A DNA stretch of 51,234 bases from Thermoplasmata archaeon. Its GTDB lineage: Archaea; Thermoplasmatota; Thermoplasmata; Lutacidiplasmatales; UBA184. Both the position numbers and the translations under genes were made by a program. Under the pieces are notes generated by a model. It did not search any database. It saw nothing but the letters and a program-made list of their open reading frames with translations, and was not told where the DNA came from. Positions 33,581 to 40,866 of this stretch are shown one piece after another (position 1 is the first letter of the stretch; every line of letters begins with the position of its first letter). The stretch is from NCBI GenBank assembly GCA_021812305.1, contig JAKAOB010000001.1, positions 1-51,234 on the forward strand, given 5' to 3'.

Positions 33581-34588
33581 TCAGCCGCCCCGCTTCGTCC
33601 GCCGCGCCGTTCCCGGCGGGGATGGTGCCTCCTTCGGGGGCGGGGCCGCCCCCGGTCCCCGGTCGAGCGCCCCCGGGACGACCGGCGCGGTCCGGCGGCG
33701 GCGCGCGCTCTCCTCGGCCGCCCGGTCGCGCAGGTAGTCGCGGACCGACGGCCAGATCGTCGCGTCCGGCCGGGCCTTGTTCTCGAAGTTGTTCTCGCCG
33801 AGGAACCGGCCGAACGCCCGGATCGTCGCGTCGTCCATCGTCCCCGAGGCGCGGCCGGGCGCGAAGCCGAGGATCGCGAGGTCGTGCTGGAGGCCGCGGA
33901 CGACCTCGGGGGTGAGCCGGATCAACGTGGCCGGGTCCTCCCGGGTGAGCAACGTGAGGTCGTAGAGCCGGAAGACCCGCCGAAGCTCCTCTATCGGCGA
34001 CGGGTGGTCGTCGATGCGGATGTCGACCCACCGGTCGTTCCCCTCGTCGTAGCCGCCCTTGGCGCGGACGATGAGCAGCGCCGCGGACTGCATCCCGCGC
34101 CGGTCCCCGCCCTCGCGCTGGCCGGCGGCGAGGGCGGCCAGGAGCCGCTCGGGGAGATCGCCCGGCGTCGCCTCGTACGCCCGGGCCATCCCCTCGACGA
34201 CGGCGCGGGACAGGAGGATGTTGCCCTGGCAGGCGAATCCGTCGCCGACGACGTGGCCGGCGAAGTCCATGCACTTTGCGCCGGTAAAGGCGCTCGCCCC
34301 GCCGCGGGCGTCGACGACGCCGAGCTGGCGCTCGTCGCGCTTCGGGTCCGCCGACGTGAGGGCCCGCACCACCGCTTCGGCGGACTCCCCGCGCCGCAGG
34401 CGGGCGAGCCCCCCGGGTCCGTAGCCGACGTTCGCGAGCGCCTGGGTCGCCAGGGCCCCCACGCCGACCTCGGCCCACGGCACGACGGCCCCGACGGCGA
34501 GGAACTTCGACTGCACGGCGACGCCCCACTCGTCCCGGCCGCGGTCGTACGCGACGATCGAGAACGTTCCGAAGCGGGGCGCCGGCAT
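33581..34588 (-). CDS. DUF1028 (Ntn-hydrolase fold) protein with a C-terminal peptidoglycan-binding-like (PG_binding_1-like) domain
   Basis: 335 aa. The N-terminus MPAPRFGTFSIVAYD has the T/S nucleophile context, and DUF1028-like GVAVQSKFLAVGAVVPWAEVGVGALATQA follows. The C-terminus VVRGLQHDLAILGFAPGRASGTMDDATIRAFGRFLGENNFE fits the LQxxLxxLGxxxGxxDGxxGxxTxxAxxxFQ pattern. Confidence 0.8.
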   Translation of the reverse strand: MPAPRFGTFSIVAYDRGRDEWGVAVQSKFLAVGAVVPWAEVGVGALATQALANVGYGPGGLARLRRGESAEAVVRALTSADPKRDERQLGVVDARGGASAFTGAKCMDFAGHVVGDGFACQGNILLSRAVVEGMARAYEATPGDLPERLLAALAAGQREGGDRRGMQSAALLIVRAKGGYDEGNDRWVDIRIDDHPSPIEELRRVFRLYDLTLLTREDPATLIRLTPEVVRGLQHDLAILGFAPGRASGTMDDATIRAFGRFLGENNFENKARPDATIWPSVRDYLRDRAAEESARRRRTAPVVPGALDRGPGAAPPPKEAPSPPGTARRTKRGG

Positions 34589-34613
34589 CGACCGCCGAGG
34601 AGGCTCGCCCCTC

Positions 34614-35123
34614 TTAAGGCTCTCCCGGGGCCGCGGCGTCGAGCGCCGCGTGGACCTCGTTCCCTAGGCGGCGCGCGCGGCCCCGGTCCCCCGCGCGGAG
34701 GGCCTGGAACGCCTCCCGGAGGGTACGGACCCAGGGCGCGACGTCGCGCCCCTCGCGCCGGCGCACCTCGAGGAGGCGCTCGATCAGCCGCAGGCGGTTC
34801 GCCACGGGGTCCTCCTCGTCCCCCGCGGGCCGACCCCGTCCGCCCGTCGGGACGTAGCCGACGAGGCCGCGCGGGAACTCGGTGAGCTCGCTCTCCTCCT
34901 CCCCCTCGTCGAGCCGTCGGTCGATCGACAGCAGCTGCGTCTCGGCCGCGCGCAGCGATCCGCGCGCGATCAGGGCGCGCGCCGAATCCAGACGGGACTC
35001 GAGCTCCGGGTCCGGAGCGCCGGCCCGGCGCCGATCCCGCAGGCGCTCGGTGACGCCGGCCAGGAAGCCCTCGACCTCCTCGGCGAGGAGGGTGGGGCGG
35101 GGGGCGGTCGATCGGCGCCTCAC
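34614..35123 (-). CDS. Hypothetical soluble helical protein (169 aa)
   Basis: GTG 35123 overlaps the upstream stop (GTGA). GC3 is very high and the composition is ordinary, for example LLAEEVEGFLAGVTERL and PVANRLRLIERLLEVRRREGRDVAPWVRTLREAFQAL. No family was recognised. The N-terminal part of the tracked ORF (to 35477) is off-frame noise. Confidence 0.6.
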   Translation of the reverse strand: MRRRSTAPRPTLLAEEVEGFLAGVTERLRDRRRAGAPDPELESRLDSARALIARGSLRAAETQLLSIDRRLDEGEEESELTEFPRGLVGYVPTGGRGRPAGDEEDPVANRLRLIERLLEVRRREGRDVAPWVRTLREAFQALRAGDRGRARRLGNEVHAALDAAAPGEP

Positions 35124-35731
35124 GTGGGCCCGGGGGCGCCCCCGGCGCGGGCCGCGCGCCGCGGCGCCGGCACCCGCTCGGTGAGCGTCGCCCAGATGCG
35201 GTCGATCGCGGGCCAGAACTCCTCGGGCACCCCGGGGGCGCCGAGGGCGCCCTCGGCGTGGGCGAGGTCGGGCTCGAGGTCGTCGACCCGGTGGCCGTGC
35301 CCCTTCGCCCACGCGAGGGACGCGCGGGCGAGGTCGCGTTGGAGCTCCGCGTCGCGCCGTCGGCGACGCGCGGTCTTCTCCTCGGGCCCGAGCGCGTTCT
35401 CGGGGTCCCACGACGGGGGCTGGGGGACGGGGACGGCGACCCTCAGGTCCCGGAACGGTCGGGGCAGGGTGGGCCAACGGGGTTCCGCGAGCCGGACGCT
35501 GAGCTGGTCGAGCGCGCTGGTGGCGCCGTCAAAGTCCCCCTCGCCGAACAGCCGGGCGGCCGTGTCGAGCGGGTCGAGGAGCTCCGTCGACGGCGCCCCC
35601 TTCCAGGGGTCGAGGGAGAGCGCGATGCGGCTCGGGGCGAGGCGGCGCAGCACCGCCCGGGCCGGCTCGGCGGCGGGAGGGGCGACGGGAGCGCCCGCCC
35701 CCTCGGGCGGACGGTTGGGGGCGCCGGGCAC
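35120..35731 (-). CDS. Hypothetical soluble protein (203 aa)
   Basis: GTG 35731 lies 11 nt after the GGR stop. GC3 is very high. Sequence examples are LDPWKGAPSTELLDPLDTAARLFGEGDFDGATSALDQLSVRLAEPRWPTLPRPFRDL and EEFWPAIDRIWATLTERV. No family was recognised. It is the tail of the tracked ORF 35120..36868. Confidence 0.6.
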   Translation of the reverse strand: MPGAPNRPPEGAGAPVAPPAAEPARAVLRRLAPSRIALSLDPWKGAPSTELLDPLDTAARLFGEGDFDGATSALDQLSVRLAEPRWPTLPRPFRDLRVAVPVPQPPSWDPENALGPEEKTARRRRRDAELQRDLARASLAWAKGHGHRVDDLEPDLAHAEGALGAPGVPEEFWPAIDRIWATLTERVPAPRRAARAGGAPGPT

Positions 35732-35742
35732 GTGTGGGCCTC

Positions 35743-36942
35743 CTACAGGAACGCCTCGAACTCCCGGGTGACCTCGGGATACTTCGTGTGGACGGCCTTG
35801 AGGATGTTGTGGACCGTCAGCTTCTCGAGCTTCACGCCCTCGAGGGCGTCGACGACCTTGTCGAAGGTCTCGTCGGAGAGCGAGCAGAGCTTCTCCTTCG
35901 CGAGCCAGTTGCGGTAGAGCTTCTCCTCGAGGCGCGCGCGCCAGCCCTTCTCGTAGGCCTGGAGGAACTCCTTGGAGGCGTCGCCCGCGTGGACCGCCTT
36001 CGCGGCGACCTCGCCGCAGATCTTGCCGGCGATGCAGCCGTTGGCGATCCCCCCGCCCGTGAGCGGGTCGATCATCCGCGCCGCGTCGCCCACGAGCATG
36101 AAGCCGTCGGTGACCGTCTGCTTGATCGGGGCGCAGATCGAGACCCCGCCGCCGACCATGTCGATCTTCTTGCCCTTGGCGTACGCCGGGTGCTTCTCGA
36201 TCCAGGCGTCGAGGTACTTGCGGGCCTCGGCCGGGGTCTTGATCTGGCTCAGCTGCACGCCGATCCCGACGTTCGCGAGCCCGTCGCCCTTCGGGAAGAC
36301 CCAGACGTAGCCGCCGGGGGCGACCTTGCCGAGGTAGAAGTCGCAGTAGCGCACGTCGCAGTCGACGTTGGTCATGCGGTACTGCAGGCACGAGTCCATG
36401 TCGCGGAGCTGCAGGTTCGTCGGCAGCCCGGCCCAGCGTCCGACCTGGCTCTCGAAGCCGTCGGCCCCGATCGTGACCGCGGCCCGGATCGAGAACGGCT
36501 CGCCGAACGCCTTCGCCGTCACGCCCACGATCCGCCCGTTCTCGCGGAGGATACCGGTCGCCGCGGTCTTCAAGAGGACGTCGACCCCGGCGTTGCCGGC
36601 GTCGATCGCGAGCTGCTTGTCGAACCCGTCGCGCTCGACGACGTAGCCGACCTCGTTCCCCGCGTGCTTTTCGTTGATCTCGAGGACCTTCTCGCTCGGG
36701 GAGAAGATGCGGGCGCCCTCGACCTCCACGTTGATCCAGCGGGAGCTCGGGGCGACCCCGACCTCCGTGAGCCACTCCTTGCTCATCCCCTCGCCGCAGC
36801 GCACGGGGCTGCCGACCTCCTGGCGCTTTTCGATCATCACGACGCGGGCCCCGGACCTCGCGGCCCACTTCGCCGTCATGCTGCCGGCCGGGCCGGCCCC
36901 GATCACCAGGACGTCGGTCGTGAGGTCCTTCACCCTCGCCAT
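35743..36942 (-). CDS. Digeranylgeranylglycerophospholipid (geranylgeranyl) reductase
   Basis: 399 aa. Motifs seen: FAD fold DVLVIGAGPAGSMTA, PVRCGEGMS, GGYVWVFPKGDGLANVGIG, and DAARMIDPLTGGGIANG. Confidence 0.9.
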   Translation of the reverse strand: MARVKDLTTDVLVIGAGPAGSMTAKWAARSGARVVMIEKRQEVGSPVRCGEGMSKEWLTEVGVAPSSRWINVEVEGARIFSPSEKVLEINEKHAGNEVGYVVERDGFDKQLAIDAGNAGVDVLLKTAATGILRENGRIVGVTAKAFGEPFSIRAAVTIGADGFESQVGRWAGLPTNLQLRDMDSCLQYRMTNVDCDVRYCDFYLGKVAPGGYVWVFPKGDGLANVGIGVQLSQIKTPAEARKYLDAWIEKHPAYAKGKKIDMVGGGVSICAPIKQTVTDGFMLVGDAARMIDPLTGGGIANGCIAGKICGEVAAKAVHAGDASKEFLQAYEKGWRARLEEKLYRNWLAKEKLCSLSDETFDKVVDALEGVKLEKLTVHNILKAVHTKYPEVTREFEAFL

Positions 36943-36958
36943 TTCCCTCGCCTCCGGG

Positions 36959-37150
36959 TCAGTCGATCTCGATCGCGCCGACGGGGCAGGCCTTGACGCA
37001 GATCTCGCAGCGGGTGCAGATCCGCTCGTCGAAGGTGATGCGGGTCTCGTCCAGGTAGATGCAGTTGAGCGGGCAGACGCCGACGCACGCCCCGCAGTAG
37101 ATGCACAGCTGGCCGCTCGACTCGATGTGGAGGCTCTTCTTGCCGGCCAT
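36959..37150 (-). CDS. 2x[4Fe-4S] ferredoxin, first gene of the GGR array
   Basis: 63 aa from ATG 37150 (MAGKKSLHIE...). Two complete CxxCxxCxxxCP motifs are present: CIYCGACVGVCP and CTRCEICVKACP. Its stop lies 16 nt before the GGR start. Confidence 0.9.
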   Translation of the reverse strand: MAGKKSLHIESSGQLCIYCGACVGVCPLNCIYLDETRITFDERICTRCEICVKACPVGAIEID

Positions 37151-37180
37151 CCGCCGCCTCGGCGCGTCGCACGGAGAGGC

Positions 37181-37191
37181 GGGGTATAAAA
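37181..37191 (-). promoter_or_regulatory. TATA box TTTTATACCCC (minus-strand reading) of the ferredoxin-GGR array
   Basis: It lies about 31-41 nt upstream of ATG 37150. It is an identical 11-mer to the rpl40e promoter element at 25516-25526. Confidence 0.5.
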
Positions 37192-37232
37192 GGCTTGTAG
37201 GAAACGGCGCTACAGCCGGCCGCGGAGGCCGG

Positions 37233-38207
37233 TCACGCCGGGCGGGGCGCCGGTGCCGGCGGAGCCCCGGCGCGCTCGGCCAGGTACTTCTCCGCATCGA
37301 GCGCGGCCATGCAGCCGAGGCCCGCGGCGCTGACCGCCTGGCGGTAGCGGTGATCGTAGACGTCCCCGGCGGCGAAGACGCCGTCGATGTTCGTCCGGGT
37401 GACCTCCCGGGTCACGAGGTAACCCTTCGCGTCCGTCTCGAGCTGGCCGCGGAACGGTCCGCTCGCCGGATCGTGGCCGATCGCCAGGAACAGCCCCTGG
37501 ACGGGGAGCTCCTCGACGACGCCCGTCGCGCGGTCCCGGACGCGGACGGCCGTCACCGCGCCCTCCCCCAGGACCTCGACGACCTCGTGGTGGAGCCGGA
37601 AGGAGATCTTCGGGTTCGCCCGCGCGCGGTCCTGCATGATGCGGCTCGCGCGCAGCTCGCTGCGGCGGTGGACGACGATGACGTGGCTCGCGAACTTCGT
37701 GAGGAACAGCGCCTCCTCCATCGCCGAGTCGCCGCCGCCGACGCAGACGACCTCCTTCCCGCGGAAGAAGAACCCGTCGCAGGTCGCGCACGCCGAGACC
37801 CCGTGGCCGCGCAACCGCTGCTCGGAGGGAAGGTCGAGCCAGCGGGCGTTCGCGCCGGTCGCGACGATGACGCTGTCGGCCTCGACCACGGCTCCGCTGC
37901 CGAGCGTGAGGAGGAACGGCCGGACCTTGAGGTCGACGCGGGCGACGTTCTCGTCGACGAACTCCGTCCCGAACCGGGCGGCCTGCTCGTGCATCCGCTC
38001 GATGAGCTCCGGGCCCTGGATCCCCTCGGGGAACCCGGGGAAGTTCTCGACGTCCGTCGTCAGCATCAGCTGCCCGCCCGCCGGAACCCCCGCGATCACC
38101 AGGGGGGCCAGGCTCGCGCGGGCCGTGTAGATGGCGGCGGTGAGGCCCGCGGGACCGCTGCCCACGATGGCGACCCGGACGTGGCGTCGGACCACCGGCT
38201 CGGACAT
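37233..38207 (-). CDS. trxB: Thioredoxin-disulfide reductase
   Basis: 324 aa. Motifs seen: VAIVGSGPAGLTAAIYTARA, the redox-active CATCDG, VVCVGGGDSAMEEALFLTKFA, and GVFAAGDV. Confidence 0.95.
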   Translation of the reverse strand: MSEPVVRRHVRVAIVGSGPAGLTAAIYTARASLAPLVIAGVPAGGQLMLTTDVENFPGFPEGIQGPELIERMHEQAARFGTEFVDENVARVDLKVRPFLLTLGSGAVVEADSVIVATGANARWLDLPSEQRLRGHGVSACATCDGFFFRGKEVVCVGGGDSAMEEALFLTKFASHVIVVHRRSELRASRIMQDRARANPKISFRLHHEVVEVLGEGAVTAVRVRDRATGVVEELPVQGLFLAIGHDPASGPFRGQLETDAKGYLVTREVTRTNIDGVFAAGDVYDHRYRQAVSAAGLGCMAALDAEKYLAERAGAPPAPAPRPA

Positions 38208-38246
38208 GACCCGTACCCGGTTCCGGCGCTAATAGGGGTGACGGGG

Positions 38247-38777
38247 CTAGGCCCGGGGGGCCGGCAGCGTCAGCCGGTCGGTCCCCGCCGGCTCGGCGTA
38301 CCGGCTGCGGTAGAAGACGAGCGGCGGTGCGTCCGCTCCCGGCTCCGCATGGCGGACCTCGCCGATGAACAGGACATGGTCGGCGATGGGGAACCGCTCG
38401 GTCACGCGGCATTCGAAGGCGGCCAGGCTCCCGTCCAGGAGGAACAGGCCCCCCGGGCCGCGGTGGCCTGCGACGCCGTCGAACTTCTCGGCCGCCGGGG
38501 CCGGCCGGGCGAACCGCTCCGACAACGACCGCTGCTCGGCGGCGAGGACGCTCACGGCGAAGACGCCGGTCCGCTCGACCACGGGCGTCGAGTCCGCCTC
38601 CCGCGACAGCGACACGAGCAGGAGCGGCGGGGCGAGGGCGACCGATAGGAGCGCGTTGACCGTGAGCCCCACGTCGCCCGCGGCGTCCCGAGCGGTCACG
38701 ACGGAGACGCCGGTCGCCCACCGTCCGAGCAGACGGCGGAAATCGTCCGGGGCGACGGCGGGTCCGGGATCGGTCAT
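38247..38777 (-). CDS. Flavin reductase-like FMN-binding (split-barrel) protein
   Basis: 176 aa. Supporting sequence: FRRLLGRWATGVSVVTA, VNALLSVALAPPLLLVSL, and FAVSVLAAEQ. Confidence 0.85.
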   Translation of the reverse strand: MTDPGPAVAPDDFRRLLGRWATGVSVVTARDAAGDVGLTVNALLSVALAPPLLLVSLSREADSTPVVERTGVFAVSVLAAEQRSLSERFARPAPAAEKFDGVAGHRGPGGLFLLDGSLAAFECRVTERFPIADHVLFIGEVRHAEPGADAPPLVFYRSRYAEPAGTDRLTLPAPRA

Positions 38778-38817
38778 GACGGTCCCGGGAAGGTCGCTGG
38801 GGCGGTTAACGCCGCCG

Positions 38818-39915
38818 CTAACGCTCGCGCCACTGGAACGCGACGATCGCGAGGACGAAGACGACGACCGACGCCGCCCCGATGACGGCGAGGTCGACCG
38901 CGGCGGCCGCCAGGTTGTGGAACAGCATGACCTGGTTGAGCCCGTCGATCACGTAGTAGAGCGGCAGGATCCGCGCGAACGTCTGGAGTCCCGGGGGGAA
39001 CAGCGAGACGGGAAAGAACGTGCCGGAGAGGAACATCATCGGGAAGGTGATGATGTTGCCGATGATCGCCGCGCTCTCCGGGGTGCGCGCGATCGAGCCC
39101 GCGAACATCCCGAGCGACACGAAGAAGAACGGGCCGAGGACGAGGAACGGAAGCATCTCGAGGCTCACGGTGACGTGGGCCCCGAAGTAGTAGACGCCCA
39201 TGCCGATCATCAGGGCGGCGCTCAGGATGGTAAGGAGGACGTACCAGATGATCTTCGAGGTGAGCCACTCCCCCTTGGTCAGCGGGGTCAGCGACAGCTG
39301 GCGGAACAGCCCTTCCTTCCGGTAGGTAGAGGAGATGTCGACCATCGCGAACATCGGGCTCGTGAGGATCGAGAAGCCGATGAGCCCGGGAACGAGGTAG
39401 TCGATCTCCTTGTAGAGCGGGCTCCCGACGTTCGCGGTCGTGGCGAAGAGGATCGTCGAGCCGTGGGAGGCGTTGAGGTTGAACTGGGTGAGGACGTAGT
39501 TGACGGCGGCGTACGCGATCCCCGACGAGGCCGCGTCGGTGGGATTGGTGTAGAGGGTCACGGCGAACGGGCGGTGCGCGAGGTACGCGGACCCCAGCCC
39601 GGACGGGATGACGAGGCCGACCGGATGGCCGTTCGCCCCGAGCCAGCTCGACATGTTCAGCGTCGGGCCGACCAGCTGGACCTGGACCGCCCCCGTCGCG
39701 TTGAGGGCGGAGAGGAACTGGGCCGAGACGTTCGACCCCGCGTCGAAGTTCTGGGTGTAGAGGGTGACCGTCGTCGCGCCACCGGCGGAGAAGATGAGGC
39801 CGAAGAGGCCGATGAGGATCACCGGGAAGATCAGGGAGAAGAACAGGCCGACCGCGTTGCGCAGGTAGTTGCGGCCGAAGACCTTGAGGTCCGCGACGAT
39901 CCGCCGCGGCCTCAT
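38818..39915 (-). CDS. ABC-2 type transporter permease
   Basis: ATG 39915 lies in an ATGA overlap with the ATPase stop. 365 aa. It has an N-terminal TM, a large extracytoplasmic loop, and 5 C-terminal TM segments, the typical ABC-2 exporter topology. Confidence 0.85.
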   Translation of the reverse strand: MRPRRIVADLKVFGRNYLRNAVGLFFSLIFPVILIGLFGLIFSAGGATTVTLYTQNFDAGSNVSAQFLSALNATGAVQVQLVGPTLNMSSWLGANGHPVGLVIPSGLGSAYLAHRPFAVTLYTNPTDAASSGIAYAAVNYVLTQFNLNASHGSTILFATTANVGSPLYKEIDYLVPGLIGFSILTSPMFAMVDISSTYRKEGLFRQLSLTPLTKGEWLTSKIIWYVLLTILSAALMIGMGVYYFGAHVTVSLEMLPFLVLGPFFFVSLGMFAGSIARTPESAAIIGNIITFPMMFLSGTFFPVSLFPPGLQTFARILPLYYVIDGLNQVMLFHNLAAAAVDLAVIGAASVVVFVLAIVAFQWRER

Positions 39916-40844
39916 GGGGGCGCTCCCGGCTTGAGGACCCCGTCGTCCATCCGGCCCACGAGGTGCACGAAGACGTCCTCGAGGGTGTCGGTCACCGTCG
40001 CGAACCCTTCCCACGGCACCCCGCTCCCCTCCAGGGCGGAGAGGATGCGGAGCGCCTCGTGCTTGTTCGGGAGCGGAACCTCGACATAGCCGTCGACGAA
40101 GGTGGCGGTCACCCCGAGCGCCTCGCGGAGGTACGGGGCCATCCCCGGGCCGGCCTGGACCCGAAGCCGGGGCGGGCGGCCGTGCTGGGCGATGATCTCG
40201 TCCGGCGTCCCCCGCGCGATGATCCGGCCGTGGTCGATGATCGCGACCTGGTCGGCGAGGATCTGGGCCTCTTCCAGGTAGTGCGTCGTGAGGAAGACCG
40301 TCCGCCCCTCGGACCGGAGGTCCCGGATCACCTGCCAGATCGCCCGCCGAGCCTGCGGGTCGAGACCGGTGGTGGGCTCATCGAGGAAGCAGATCGTCGG
40401 ATCGTTCGTCAGCGCGAGGGCGAGCCCCAGCTTCTGCTTCTGGCCACCGGAGAGGGTCTCGAAGCGGGCGCCGGCCTTGTCCTCGAGCGCCACGCGGCGC
40501 AGCAGGCCCATCGCGTCGACGCGCGTGCCGAACAGCGCGGCGTAGTACTCGATCGCCTCCACGGGATGGATCTTCTCGAAGAAGCGGAACTCCTGCGGGA
40601 TCACCCCGACCTTCGCATGGAGCCGGCGCCCGTCGTCCCACGGGTCGAGGCCGAGGACGGTCACCTCCCCGGAGGAACGACGGCGCAGCCCCTCGAGGAT
40701 CTCGACGGTCGTCGTCTTCCCGGCCCCGTTCGGCCCGAGGAAGGCGAACACCTTCCCTTCCGGCACCGCGAAGTCGATCCCGGCGACGGCGGCGAGGCTC
40801 CCGTAGGTCTTGGTGAGCCCGCGGACGTGGACGGCGTCGGCCAC
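39912..40844 (-). CDS. ABC transporter ATP-binding protein (ABC-2/DrrA-like exporter type)
   Basis: 310 aa. Motifs seen: Walker A GPNGAGKTTT, signature LSGGQKQKLGLA, Walker B ICFLDEPTTGLD, and the H-loop TTHYLEEA. Confidence 0.95.
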   Translation of the reverse strand: MADAVHVRGLTKTYGSLAAVAGIDFAVPEGKVFAFLGPNGAGKTTTVEILEGLRRRSSGEVTVLGLDPWDDGRRLHAKVGVIPQEFRFFEKIHPVEAIEYYAALFGTRVDAMGLLRRVALEDKAGARFETLSGGQKQKLGLALALTNDPTICFLDEPTTGLDPQARRAIWQVIRDLRSEGRTVFLTTHYLEEAQILADQVAIIDHGRIIARGTPDEIIAQHGRPPRLRVQAGPGMAPYLREALGVTATFVDGYVEVPLPNKHEALRILSALEGSGVPWEGFATVTDTLEDVFVHLVGRMDDGVLKPGAPP

Positions 40845-40866
40845 GCGCCGAAGGAGCCCGGGCGAC

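Noticed and set aside
35743-36942. Reading the flavoprotein plus ferredoxin pair as FixC/FixX partners of the nearby fused ETF
   Set aside because: The flavoprotein carries the GGR hallmarks PVRCGEG, GGYVWVFPKGDG and PLTGGGI rather than FixC/ETF-QO features. The ferredoxin is a 63-aa 2x[4Fe-4S] type rather than FixX-like. The gene pair is on the opposite strand, ending about 2.4 kb from the etf gene.
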